Shown in pieces: positions 1 to 9,033 of a stretch of 14,769 nucleotides of DNA (position 1 is its first letter; each line of letters opens with the position of its first letter). A model generated the notes under the pieces. The model was not told the DNA's origin and searched no databases. It saw nothing but the letters and a program-made list of their open reading frames with translations. This DNA is from Candidatus Heimdallarchaeota archaeon (GTDB lineage: Archaea; Asgardarchaeota; Heimdallarchaeia; Heimdallarchaeales; Heimdallarchaeaceae), in assembly GCA_016840095.1 (NCBI GenBank), contig JAEOSZ010000097.1:1-14769 (forward strand), in the 5' to 3' direction. The position numbers and the translations under genes are program-made.

Positions 1-952
1 TGCCAAGAGTAATGGTGCTTGGCCTTTCTGTATTCTCTCTCAAAGTCAAACATGAAACTTGACGAAAAGTAGACTCTTCTTGAATTCCTCCACTATCTGT
101 CAAGATAACTTCTGACTGACTGATAAGATAAAGAAATGAAAGATAATCTAATGGTTTTATAAGAGAAACATTACTTAATTCTGATAATTTTTTGATTAGA
201 CTGAATTCTGAGGCTTTTTCTCGAGATCTTGGATGAATTGGATATATAAAATGATAGTTAGTCAGTTTCTCAAAAGTTTTTATGATTTCTTCAAAATTCT
301 CCTTTTTGTCAACATTGCTGGGTCTATGGAAAGTTGTTAGGATAATTGGTTTTTCTATACTTTCTAATAAATCAGTTATTTCAGCTGAGTGTCTGTTCTT
401 AGCAAGTTCTATGTGATTTAGAGTAGCATCAACAATTGTATTTCCTGTTAAATATACTCTTTCTGGATTGACACTCTCTCTGAAAAGATTTAGAGCAGCT
501 CTTTCAGACGGAGCAAAGAAAACATTAGCAGTAACATCTGCGATTCGTCTGTTGATTTCTTCAGGCATTGTCATATCATAGGATCTGATTCCTGCTTCGA
601 TATGGCCAAAAATCACATCTAATTTAGAACAAACAATTCCAGCAGCCAAAACTGTATTAGTATCTCCTTGAGCTAACAAAATATTGGGTTTGTGTGTATT
701 GATTAGTTTTTCTAATCCCAATGACATTGTAGCTAAATGTTCTGTATGAGTCCCGCTTCCAGTTTCTAAATTTTCTTCAGGATTGGGAAGATCTAGCACA
801 TCGAAAAAAGTCTTACTCATTTCGAAATCATAATGTTGTCCAGTGTGGATAATAATCTGTTCAAATCTAGAATCTGTTTCAATTTCTCTTATTATAGGAG
901 CCATTTTTATGATTTCAGGTCTTGTCCCAACAACAACCATAACTCTTATCAT
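1..952 (-). CDS. wecB: UDP-N-acetylglucosamine 2-epimerase (non-hydrolysing); 3' end runs off the window
   Basis: Not in the ORF track. Manual translation from ATG at 952 gives MIRVMVVVGTRPEIIKMAP...HTGQHYD...QGDTNT...GHIEAGIRSYDMTMPEEINRR...TFHRPSN...TDSGGIQEE...LRENTERP, the standard WecB/MnaA motifs. The frame stays open to position 2 (317 codons). Confidence 0.96.
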   Translation of the reverse strand, partial: MIRVMVVVGTRPEIIKMAPIIREIETDSRFEQIIIHTGQHYDFEMSKTFFDVLDLPNPEENLETGSGTHTEHLATMSLGLEKLINTHKPNILLAQGDTNTVLAAGIVCSKLDVIFGHIEAGIRSYDMTMPEEINRRIADVTANVFFAPSERAALNLFRESVNPERVYLTGNTIVDATLNHIELAKNRHSAEITDLLESIEKPIILTTFHRPSNVDKKENFEEIIKTFEKLTNYHFIYPIHPRSREKASEFSLIKKLSELSNVSLIKPLDYLSFLYLISQSEVILTDSGGIQEESTFRQVSCLTLRENTERPSTITLG

Positions 953-974
953 AATCAGCAAATAGAATTTTTGA

Positions 975-990
975 ATATAAATAATTTGTT
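975..990 (-). promoter_or_regulatory. Putative archaeal BRE/TATA promoter of wecB (probably leaderless transcript)
   Basis: Minus strand reads AACAAATTATTTATAT. The TTTATAT (981-975) ends 22 nt before the ATG at 952, and there is no clear SD. Confidence 0.5.
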
Positions 991-1015
991 TATCTTATGT
1001 AAGTAGATATCTTAT

Positions 1016-2218
1016 CTAGCTCTCTTCCACTAAATCTCTTACAATGTTTTCATACTCATCAACTAACTTAGTCCAGTTACAATTCTGCTCGATAAATCTA
1101 CGACCTTCCTTTCCAATTATTTCTAATTCCTCTTTAATTAAGCTAATTGCTAAATCAAAAACAGATTTAGGATCCTCAGCATAAACTACTCCATTATTCT
1201 GACCAAACTCTCTCGTTATTCCTTGAAGTTGAGTGGTTATAACTGGTTTCTCCATAGCCATATACTCATATAATTTGATAGGCACAATTTCATTCATAGT
1301 TTTATTATCATAAGCAGGAAGTATGCAAATATCAGCAACTGACACATATTTAGGTAAGTCTCGATATGTAACCCATTTTATGATTTTGATCTGTTGATGC
1401 AACTGGTGTCGTTCAGAAAGTTTTACTAGTTCATCATGTAATTCTCCTCTCCCCACAATACAAAGTTTGACTTTTTTATCATCATGTTTGGCTAACTTTT
1501 CAACAATTTCTTTCAAACCTGAAAAAGTGTATAACCACCCCATAAAAAATAAAACTTTATCATCATCAGAATAGCCTAGTTTCTCCCTCATTTCTTCCCT
1601 AATCTTTGTATCTGGTCTGAAGAGTTTAATTTCAACACCCGCTCGAATAACTCTTGTAGAATCAGGATTAGCTCCAATTCTCACCTCATATTCCTTCAAT
1701 TGTTCGTTAATGACAATATTAAAATCTGCTTTCTTTGCAAGCCTAGATTCTAGTGCTAACCCTAATCGTTTGAATATCTTCTCAGGAATAGCATCATGCC
1801 ATTTATCAGTTGTTAAATGTATATAGGGAATTTTATGTAATTTACCAAGAATTTGCCCTATTGAAACTGTTAATAATCCTGCACCCATTATAACATCAGG
1901 TTTAAATTTTCTTATCACTTTCAGAATACTGGGTGGATAGAAGAATAATAGAGAGAAATAGTTAAGAACAGGAAACCGCAATGCTCTCGGTCGAATATGG
2001 TGAATGTTACATTCTTTGCAGGCTTTTGGAGGTGACTTTTTATTTATTCTTTTTGCTAATCTTCCCTCAATAATCTTCTCTTTCCATAGAATCTCATAAT
2101 CAAAAACTGTTACTTGATGACCCTTATTTGACATTCTTTCTAAGAAATGATGCTGCTGTTGAGGACCTTTTTCTAGCCAATCAGTTTCTTGAATAAATAA
2201 GATTTTGAATTTCTGCAA
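1016..2218 (-). CDS. GT4 family (GT-B fold) glycosyltransferase
   Basis: 400 aa, TTG start. N-terminal KILFI strand, GHQVTVF, IRAGVE, FFMGWL..FSGL, IVGRGE, ADICILP and the E-X7-E motif EIVPIKLYE followed by YMAMEKPVITT. Confidence 0.92.
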   Translation of the reverse strand: MQKFKILFIQETDWLEKGPQQQHHFLERMSNKGHQVTVFDYEILWKEKIIEGRLAKRINKKSPPKACKECNIHHIRPRALRFPVLNYFSLLFFYPPSILKVIRKFKPDVIMGAGLLTVSIGQILGKLHKIPYIHLTTDKWHDAIPEKIFKRLGLALESRLAKKADFNIVINEQLKEYEVRIGANPDSTRVIRAGVEIKLFRPDTKIREEMREKLGYSDDDKVLFFMGWLYTFSGLKEIVEKLAKHDDKKVKLCIVGRGELHDELVKLSERHQLHQQIKIIKWVTYRDLPKYVSVADICILPAYDNKTMNEIVPIKLYEYMAMEKPVITTQLQGITREFGQNNGVVYAEDPKSVFDLAISLIKEELEIIGKEGRRFIEQNCNWTKLVDEYENIVRDLVEES

Positions 2219-2259
2219 TTAAATTCACATTCCCTCGATCATATTTAACTCACTATTTT

Positions 2260-3294
2260 TTACTTCCCTCTGACTGCTGAAGAAGTTCCTGGAGGAAAGT
2301 CTGCAGAATCCACAATTTTATCCCAATTACTATCAAACCAATCAACAGTTAATTGTAGGCTTTTCTCAAAATCAGGATCTGCTTTGAATCCAATCAGTCT
2401 TTCAGCCTTCTTATTTGAGGCTAACATTCTACTTTTCGTATCCCATTTTCTTTTTGGTAGAAACTCAATTCCTGAATCGTTATTTGTTACTTCATTTACC
2501 ATCTCTGCTAGTTGTGAGATTTTGATTTCTCTACCTGCAGCTAGATTCATCTCTTCACCTATTGCTACTTCAAAGAAACCCATTCTTATTAACCCATCCA
2601 CAATATCTCCAACATATGTAAAGTCTCTAGTTTCATCACCAGTACCTGTTATTGGTAATCTTTGTTTTTGTTTAGCCCAGTAAATGAAATTTGGAATTAC
2701 ATTTCTGTATTGACCTGGCACTTCTCCTGGTCCAAATGAATTAAAGAATCTTGCTTTAACAGTTGGAACATTGTGTACCTTAATGAAATAATTGCAATAT
2801 AATTCTCCTAACATCTTTGTTATTTGATAAGGAGTAGTCATATACATGGTTGTTAACTCTTCTACATAAGGCATTTCTGCATCAGATGGATAAATCGAAC
2901 AACCTGAGGAGGCATAGACAAATCTCTGTAATCTTCCGTAAATTTTTGAGTATTCTAAGAGCTTTAGTGTACCAAAACCATTAGTTTGTAAATCTCTTTC
3001 TGGATAATCTACTGAATTTTGATTTGCGAAAAATGCAGCTAGATGAAATATTATCTCTGGTTCTTCATTGAAAATCCTTTTTACATCTATATCATTTGCT
3101 ACATCTCCTTTAACGAAAAGAAGATTGGAGTCATTGGGTAGGTTCCAAAGATATCCTGAAGATAAGTTATCAATAACAATGACAAAAGCTCCCAATTCCA
3201 ATAAACGTTTAGTCAAATTAGAACCAACAGCTCCTGCTCCACCTGTTACAACTACTGTTTTATCTTTATAACTAGTAAGATATTCATCACTCAT
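2260..3294 (-). CDS. NAD-dependent nucleotide-sugar epimerase/dehydratase (extended SDR)
   Basis: 344 aa. Rossmann motif VTGGAGAVG, DNLSSG, FHLAA, YASS, catalytic YQITK, RFFNSFGPG and GDETRDFTYVGD. Confidence 0.93.
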   Translation of the reverse strand: MSDEYLTSYKDKTVVVTGGAGAVGSNLTKRLLELGAFVIVIDNLSSGYLWNLPNDSNLLFVKGDVANDIDVKRIFNEEPEIIFHLAAFFANQNSVDYPERDLQTNGFGTLKLLEYSKIYGRLQRFVYASSGCSIYPSDAEMPYVEELTTMYMTTPYQITKMLGELYCNYFIKVHNVPTVKARFFNSFGPGEVPGQYRNVIPNFIYWAKQKQRLPITGTGDETRDFTYVGDIVDGLIRMGFFEVAIGEEMNLAAGREIKISQLAEMVNEVTNNDSGIEFLPKRKWDTKSRMLASNKKAERLIGFKADPDFEKSLQLTVDWFDSNWDKIVDSADFPPGTSSAVRGK

Positions 3295-3297
3295 TTT

Positions 3298-3304
3298 ATC
3301 ACCT
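3298..3304 (-). promoter_or_regulatory. Shine-Dalgarno AGGTGAT overlapping the stop codon of the upstream epimerase (translational coupling)
   Basis: Minus strand reads TAAGGTGATAAAATG. AGGTGAT is complementary to the 16S 3' end (AUCACCU), the form commonly seen in archaea. Confidence 0.8.
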
Positions 3305-4242
3305 TATTTCTTAATGTAATTCTTATACTCTGGATATCTTTTTTTCATCCATTCAATATACTTAGGTATGCCTTCTTCAACAGGAACATCAATCTTGTGT
3401 TTTAAATCATTGTAAGCTTTTGAACAATCAATCGTTTTGATTTTTGTTGTAAATGGTTCTTCTTCTTTATATGTTATGTGAGAATCATCAATCCCTAAGT
3501 TCTCTATAATTAAATCAGAGATGTATTTAATTGTAACCTCTTTCTTAGCTGCAATGTTATAAACTTCACCTGGAATGAAATTATCGATTGTATTTGCTAC
3601 AGTTCTTACGGTATCACTAACGTAATCAAAAATTCGTTTATGACCAGAATATACTATTGCAGACAAATTGAACAAAGCATGATAAACCAAAATAGGTATT
3701 ACTCCTCTATAAGTTGAATATTCTTCATGAGGACCGTAACAATTAACTGGTCTAATTCTAACAATTTCACTTCCAAACATCTCGGTTGCATTTAAACACT
3801 GTAATTCATTTGCCCATTTAGAAATGGCATAATCATTCATCTGCTTTATTGGTAATCTGTCCATGATATCTTCAGTCATAACATCTCTATAATCACCATA
3901 GACTTCTGCACTACTAAAATGAATTAACTTAAATTCGTGTTCTTGCTGCATTAACAGAATGTTCTTCAAACCAACACAATTTGTACGCCACAATAAATCA
4001 TAATAATCTTCACCATTCCATCTACCGTATTCAGCTGCTAGATTGAACACATAATCAAATTCATGTTGATCAAATATCCTTTTCACATGTCGATATTCTC
4101 CTATATCACATCTGATGTGGGTTCTTTTAGTAAATTCTGTATGTGATATGTCAGCTGTTATAACATTATAATCACGTGATCTTAGTTCTTCTGTTAAATT
4201 CGTACCTATGAACCCTGTACCTCCAGTAACCAAAATTTTCAT
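3304..4242 (-). CDS. NAD-dependent nucleotide-sugar epimerase/dehydratase (extended SDR)
   Basis: 312 aa. MKILVTGGTGFIG, FNLAA, FSSAEVYG, catalytic YAISK and NCYGP. SD GGGAGAT at 4254-4248. Confidence 0.93.
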   Translation of the reverse strand: MKILVTGGTGFIGTNLTEELRSRDYNVITADISHTEFTKRTHIRCDIGEYRHVKRIFDQHEFDYVFNLAAEYGRWNGEDYYDLLWRTNCVGLKNILLMQQEHEFKLIHFSSAEVYGDYRDVMTEDIMDRLPIKQMNDYAISKWANELQCLNATEMFGSEIVRIRPVNCYGPHEEYSTYRGVIPILVYHALFNLSAIVYSGHKRIFDYVSDTVRTVANTIDNFIPGEVYNIAAKKEVTIKYISDLIIENLGIDDSHITYKEEEPFTTKIKTIDCSKAYNDLKHKIDVPVEEGIPKYIEWMKKRYPEYKNYIKK

Positions 4243-4281
4243 TGTTTATCTCCCGTATTGACATTGTCTCGCACTAGAGGA

Positions 4282-4296
4282 TTTTAAATCTTTTCA
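4282..4296 (-). promoter_or_regulatory. Putative BRE-TATA promoter of the epimerase-epimerase-GT4 unit
   Basis: Minus strand TGAAAAGA-TTTAAAA, about 40 nt upstream of the ATG at 4242, leaving room for the SD. Confidence 0.6.
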
Positions 4297-4299
4297 TCT

Positions 4300-4319
4300 A
4301 AAAAAATGTAGCAAAAAAA
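4300..4319 (-). terminator. Oligo-T tracts (two T7 runs), putative archaeal terminator of the sulfotransferase gene
   Basis: A7 at 4300-4306 and 4313-4319 on the plus strand, 43-62 nt downstream of the stop at 4362. Confidence 0.45.
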
Positions 4320-4361
4320 TCTCCGGAAACAAAAGAATCAAAAGTATATCGAAACCTCTAA

Positions 4362-5402
4362 TTACTCGTGCTTATAAGATTTATAGTCAGTGGGATATCC
4401 TAATTCTGAGACATATGAACCAATCTCTTCTTTTAGAAATTCTATTCTAGATTCTGTCAATAATTTAGTGTATTGCATGTTAACATCAGGTCTAAGTGGA
4501 TACCATTTGGTCTTGTTTCTTACACCAAAAGGAATGGTGTCATTCTTCTGGGGAGTAAGATTATCTTGATAAGGTAAGTTTACAAAATTACATATTTCCT
4601 TAATGTATTGTTTTGGATCTTTGACAATATCTTCAAACATAAAATGTGCAAAGTTAGGTACTAATTCCTTGTCTTTCTTTATAGTTAGATAAACATTCTT
4701 CCAATGTTGTGTACAATAATTTACTCTTTCATCGAAATCTATTTTTGAAGCATATCTTTCCATATCAGCAGCTGCTCCACTTGCTGCTCTGACAATTGAT
4801 ATGTATGGGTTGCGAGAGATCCAGATAAAATAGGGATTAGTATCTTTGAGAATTTCATAAATTAACGGTATCTTCAAAGAAAAGTATTGACTCTTATCAA
4901 TAAATCTGGGGTCTTTTATTTTTCTTCCATGACGCCATAGAGCATACTTTATTGCTTTTCTTAGCTTCACTGATAATTCTTCTGTAAAATCATTCTCAGT
5001 AGCTCTATACTCATCGATCAAATCTTCAGTAGCATAACTCCAACTTCTAGGTGGAGTGAAAAGACTATGTTTAGGAGCATTGAGGAAGTAACCACAGAGC
5101 TTTGGATCTAATATTGGTTCATAGACTGATTGCATCTCATCTCCTCCTACCCAATATTTGTGGTTTCCAGTTACATTTACAACTGATTCATGACGTCTGA
5201 GCATCCGAGATACTAGCGTTAACCCACTTCCCTGATTTCCAATCAAGAAAATTGGAGAATTAATCTCAATCTTATCATATTTGATAAGATGTCGTCTAAA
5301 ATCTAATCTCCAATTATTTCTTTTCCAAATGTAGTATAAGTAATTCATTTTGAAATCTTTTTCAAAAAATTCCTTTAGAAAAGTCTTGATTTCAACCAAC
5401 AT
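4362..5402 (-). CDS. Sulfotransferase family protein (P-loop-like, divergent PAPS-binding motifs)
   Basis: SPIFLIGNQGSGLTLVSRMLRRH (5'-PSB region), RFIDKS, FIWISRNP (3'-PB region) and FMFEDIVKDPKQYIKEICNFVNL. The ORF track starts at TTG 5498. I prefer ATG 5402 (346 aa) because the extension contains a T7 tract and a TATA box. Confidence 0.82.
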   Translation of the reverse strand: MLVEIKTFLKEFFEKDFKMNYLYYIWKRNNWRLDFRRHLIKYDKIEINSPIFLIGNQGSGLTLVSRMLRRHESVVNVTGNHKYWVGGDEMQSVYEPILDPKLCGYFLNAPKHSLFTPPRSWSYATEDLIDEYRATENDFTEELSVKLRKAIKYALWRHGRKIKDPRFIDKSQYFSLKIPLIYEILKDTNPYFIWISRNPYISIVRAASGAAADMERYASKIDFDERVNYCTQHWKNVYLTIKKDKELVPNFAHFMFEDIVKDPKQYIKEICNFVNLPYQDNLTPQKNDTIPFGVRNKTKWYPLRPDVNMQYTKLLTESRIEFLKEEIGSYVSELGYPTDYKSYKHE

Positions 5403-5432
5403 GATTAAATCTAAAATCAAGAATAATGAAAA

Positions 5433-5447
5433 TTTATAAAGTATTTT
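5433..5447 (-). promoter_or_regulatory. Putative BRE-TATA promoter of the sulfotransferase at 4362-5402
   Basis: Minus strand AAAATAC-TTTATAAA, ending 30 nt before ATG 5402. Confidence 0.55.
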
Positions 5448-5485
5448 ATTGGTTATAGAAAGCAAATAAGGAGAAATATCTACAC

Positions 5486-5492
5486 AAAAAAA
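5486..5492 (-). terminator. T7 tract directly after the flippase stop codon, putative terminator
   Basis: Minus strand TGA-TC-TTTTTTT. Confidence 0.4.
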
Positions 5493-5494
5493 GA

Positions 5495-6751
5495 TCAAAT
5501 TAGTAACTCACTTTTCTGTTTGAAGATGAAGAAATGTATTAAACAAGCAACTAATGCTACAAAGTTAATTCCTAACCATGAATATCCAATATTCACTATC
5601 TCCAAACCTTTCACTACAAATATTATAGTTGAAATTATAATTCCTAAAGCTATAAATCCAAATACAGATGTTTGGAACAACAATTTTTGCTTCAGCCTTA
5701 ACAGATCAGTGTAAATGCGTATTATACTAAGAAAGATAGTCGAAAATGATAAAACAAATAATAAATCAAAGGAATTAGTCACATAGATTGAACCATAAAG
5801 AGACAAAATAAATCTTCCACCGAATACTATTATTAGAATGAATATAATAGAAAGAGCTATACTTACTATTGATGCATTCTTTATCGTCTTTTTGATTCCA
5901 CCACTATCTTTTACTCCTTCAACCAAAAATCCTGTTGAGATTCGTTTGGTACTATTACTATAAATTGAAGCAATGGTCCATGGGATAAAGAAAAAAGCAG
6001 ATAAATCAGCTGATGCAAGTACCAATATTATATACGGGAGAACAGCTGTTGGTAAATCTTCAAACAGTCTTGAAATAAAACTCTGAAATGTATATTCTCT
6101 AAATGGTTTCAACTCTCTAATCTTTATTGAGAATCTTAGCTTGATATTACCAATCTTGAATTTAATCAGAATAAAACCTACAATTACGGAAACAAAACTA
6201 GCTAGGATAAAAGGTAAGATTACATCTGAAACAGATGCATAGAAGAAAGCAACAACTAGAGACAATTTAAGAACGTTGACTACACTAATCAACAAAAATT
6301 CTATTTTTGATGATCCATGTCCCACCATAATTGAGCTTTGCAATCTTAATATTGCATTTGTAACTGTCAACATAAAAACTAGCATTAATAGATAGAAAAA
6401 CTCACCAGCTGAACTATAATTAAGGTTGACATACAATATTGGAGTTAGAATAAGTGATAGAAGTACAGATAGTAAAAGTGAAAGAGAAATACTCGTATTT
6501 AGAAGATTTGATGTATCTGATGAGCTTAACAAGTATCTATGGATAGTTTCACTCAAACCTAAGATAGCAAAGAAACCCAACCATGTAGTAATTGAGATTA
6601 TAGAACTTGAGTAACCTACTTTAGCAGGATCATGAAAATAGTTAACTAACCACCAAAACACAAATCCTCCTAAAGCATTAATCAATGAACCACTAAAAAG
6701 AAAAAATGCATTTTTCAGAAATGATGAGTTAAGTCTTTCTCTTATTTTCAT
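5495..6751 (-). CDS. Oligosaccharide flippase (Wzx/RfbX, MOP superfamily)
   Basis: 418 aa with roughly 12 hydrophobic segments. The N-terminus FLKNAFFLFSGSLINALGGFVFWWLV...PAKVGY...LGLSETIHRYL fits the Wzx-type pattern. SD-like AGTGA upstream; glycan-locus context. Confidence 0.85.
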   Translation of the reverse strand: MKIRERLNSSFLKNAFFLFSGSLINALGGFVFWWLVNYFHDPAKVGYSSSIISITTWLGFFAILGLSETIHRYLLSSSDTSNLLNTSISLSLLLSVLLSLILTPILYVNLNYSSAGEFFYLLMLVFMLTVTNAILRLQSSIMVGHGSSKIEFLLISVVNVLKLSLVVAFFYASVSDVILPFILASFVSVIVGFILIKFKIGNIKLRFSIKIRELKPFREYTFQSFISRLFEDLPTAVLPYIILVLASADLSAFFFIPWTIASIYSNSTKRISTGFLVEGVKDSGGIKKTIKNASIVSIALSIIFILIIVFGGRFILSLYGSIYVTNSFDLLFVLSFSTIFLSIIRIYTDLLRLKQKLLFQTSVFGFIALGIIISTIIFVVKGLEIVNIGYSWLGINFVALVACLIHFFIFKQKSELLI

Positions 6752-6858
6752 TTAATCACTTTTTAAATTCATAATCAAGAATCTGTTTTTTTTGCTACTC
6801 TATTAATTTGCTGTCTTAATTCTTAATAAAGCATATCTATAAGAGATTACTTATCACA

Positions 6859-8940
6859 TCATGCAATAGTGTAGTAGAATAGAAAATTATCTTCAGTATC
6901 ATCTTGTAATATTGGTGTTTCAAACATCACTAATTCAGTTAAATTGTAGGGAGCATAATGCATATATCGTGGATTAGTGCTTATCCAAATATAGAATGAA
7001 GTATTAAGATATGTAAAGATAGGTTCAATTGTTAGATTTGAGGGCAACAGAATAAACTCTAAAATCAATTCTCCTTCAGGAGAAGTTTCATCAGCCGTTC
7101 TAGGTCTAGATTGAAGCTGTATAACTGTACAATTTGCTTCTGTGATCAATATAAACCATTGTGTTTGATGATAGGAAACTGCTATGGTTTTATTATCATC
7201 TAAGATAGTATCAATCAACTCAATAAATTGTTTCTCATGTTCTTGAATAACTGGGGGTAAACCAATTGCAATTCCAATAGTGGTACCAAATTGAAAAATG
7301 ATCAAGAAAACAACCAGAATTTTAAACACATTTTTCTCTTTGAGATTAATAAAACTTTTTGAGAATTTTGAATCTTTATTCAAGAACTTTTTGGGAATGT
7401 TAAGATTAGGAATTATTATCAGGAAACACCAAATAACTGCTCGAATCGGTTTTGACAAATTGTTCAATTCTCTATAAATCATTAACATGTTTAGATTTAC
7501 AATATATTCTATTGGTACCTGTGACAATATTGTTATACCAATTATTAAATAGGTAATGATAAATTTTGCAAAAAACATCATATGAGAATCCAGGGTTTGT
7601 ATTTTTTTTACTGCTATAATTGCTAAAGGAATGATGAGAAACCAATGAATTCTATGAATAGGAAAAGCTAAAACTCCAGTACTCCCTAAAAGAAATGTTC
7701 CCCCAGCAATTAGCTGAAATATTCTTATGATATTTGCTGGTAACAATATCAGTATCATCAGCACATACATTATCATATCATAAGAAGATGCTTCTTGGTA
7801 TCCTTTCTTAAAGTTATACAAAACGATATACGTTATAATCATTCCTCCCCATAAGAAGAATAAAGAAAATTGGTATCCTGGATAATCTAATCCTCGTTCA
7901 TTAGCAAAAATAATTGTAAGAAGAAGTTGGAGGATAAACAAGAAGATAAGAATATAAAATACTAATTTCTTAGAATCAAATTTTCTCTTAACTTTGACCT
8001 TTAAGACAATATAGGAAAATAGAATCAAAAAAGCAAAGAATAAAAATATAGTAATAGAGGTTGTTAAAAATTCAAAAGACTCAGATATTGTAATTCCGAT
8101 AATTCCAAAAACACCTTTTATAGCTGTAAATAGAGCATAAGAAAATGGTGATAATATGCTAATTGAATTCGCAAAAATAAGTAATGATAAAAGATCACTC
8201 GTCAATATTGAGATAAAATTAATGAGTGAAAATACTAGAATCGATTTGAAAATTTTTGGTTTATTTTCTTTATTCTTATTGCTATTAATTAAAAGCATAA
8301 TTGGTAGCACAAACATCAAGGCAATCGTACTAATTAAGCTCAAAGTTGATGTTAAGTTACTTAACACTGAAAGTATAAATAAGAAGCCTAACTCTAAATA
8401 TGTTGATTTAATCTCATAATTTTTTTCCAATTTTGAATAAATTCGAAAAATGCAAATAAAACTTAATAGATTGAATAGAATTAAAAGAAATTGTCTGTAT
8501 AATGACATCAGAGCCAAGTAAATAGGACTAAAAACAAAAAAACAGAAAAGTAGCATGAAGACATATTTATGCTTTGAGTTTTCTTCTTTCTTAAAAAGCA
8601 TTCTTGAGAGAAAAATAAGCGATATATTATAGAACACAGAAATTAAGAAGATTACAATTTTGAAACTAAGTATTGGATCGTTTACCATAGTATGATCAAA
8701 GAAATATATCAATGTAAAAAAAACGGAATTAAATATTGGATCTGCATGTGTAAATGGCGTTTGCATCTGGTTATATACAGCATTAAGATAAACAGGAAAA
8801 TCCCATCCTTTGGGATTCCAAATGATTGTTAGTAGGAAACTATAAACTAGACTGATTAGGACAACAACACTGATTTGTATGTAATTCCAATAAGTATTAG
8901 AAAACCTACTTTTGAAACTGGTATACAACTTCCTAAACAT
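6859..8940 (-). CDS. Polytopic membrane protein, putative GT-C fold glycosyltransferase with extracellular C-terminal domain (paralog B)
   Basis: Many TM segments, KGWDFPVY right after TM1 (acidic residue in the first external loop, as in GT-C enzymes) and a 132-aa soluble C-terminal domain. Colinear paralog of 9034-11181. The ORF track starts at ATG 8964; ATG 8940 (693 aa) is preferred because 8964 lies within the TATA-like element. The CDS is certain, the function is inferred. Confidence 0.65.
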   Translation of the reverse strand: MFRKLYTSFKSRFSNTYWNYIQISVVVLISLVYSFLLTIIWNPKGWDFPVYLNAVYNQMQTPFTHADPIFNSVFFTLIYFFDHTMVNDPILSFKIVIFLISVFYNISLIFLSRMLFKKEENSKHKYVFMLLFCFFVFSPIYLALMSLYRQFLLILFNLLSFICIFRIYSKLEKNYEIKSTYLELGFLFILSVLSNLTSTLSLISTIALMFVLPIMLLINSNKNKENKPKIFKSILVFSLINFISILTSDLLSLLIFANSISILSPFSYALFTAIKGVFGIIGITISESFEFLTTSITIFLFFAFLILFSYIVLKVKVKRKFDSKKLVFYILIFLFILQLLLTIIFANERGLDYPGYQFSLFFLWGGMIITYIVLYNFKKGYQEASSYDMIMYVLMILILLPANIIRIFQLIAGGTFLLGSTGVLAFPIHRIHWFLIIPLAIIAVKKIQTLDSHMMFFAKFIITYLIIGITILSQVPIEYIVNLNMLMIYRELNNLSKPIRAVIWCFLIIIPNLNIPKKFLNKDSKFSKSFINLKEKNVFKILVVFLIIFQFGTTIGIAIGLPPVIQEHEKQFIELIDTILDDNKTIAVSYHQTQWFILITEANCTVIQLQSRPRTADETSPEGELILEFILLPSNLTIEPIFTYLNTSFYIWISTNPRYMHYAPYNLTELVMFETPILQDDTEDNFLFYYTIA

Positions 8941-8962
8941 TATAATTTTACTTAAGAAGCAC

Positions 8963-8977
8963 ATTAAAAAATTTATC
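8963..8977 (-). promoter_or_regulatory. Putative TATA-like element (GATAAA-TTTTTTAAT) of paralog B
   Basis: TTTTTTAAT ends 22 nt before ATG 8940. The same 9-mer lies 20 nt before the start of paralog A. Confidence 0.4.
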
Positions 8978-9033
8978 TCTGTAACTTACAAAGTTGCTTA
9001 GTAGAAACATAATAATCTATTCTTAACTGATTT

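Noticed and set aside
1016-2218. GT4 as PIG-A, completing a GPI pathway
   Set aside because: The motif is EIVPIKLYE rather than the PIG-A-type EAFC...E, and no PIG-L-like deacetylase or transamidase is in the window.
2384-3271. Plus-strand ORFs 2384-2683 and 3068-3271
   Set aside because: Antisense shadows fully inside a well-supported epimerase gene, with no motifs.
5403-5498. N-terminal 32-codon extension of the sulfotransferase (TTG 5498) that resembles a membrane anchor like Golgi sulfotransferases
   Set aside because: The segment contains a T7 tract and a TTTATAAA box and looks intergenic. ATG 5402 is the more plausible start, so a eukaryote-like type II anchor is not supported.
5520-6614. 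Plus-strand ORFs 5520-5714 and 6426-6614
   Set aside because: Antisense to the flippase; short, with the Ile/Lys/Asn-rich composition expected from the complement of hydrophobic codons.
8977-8997. Overlapping imperfect palindromes upstream of paralog B
   Set aside because: Mismatched arms and not shared with the paralog A upstream region.
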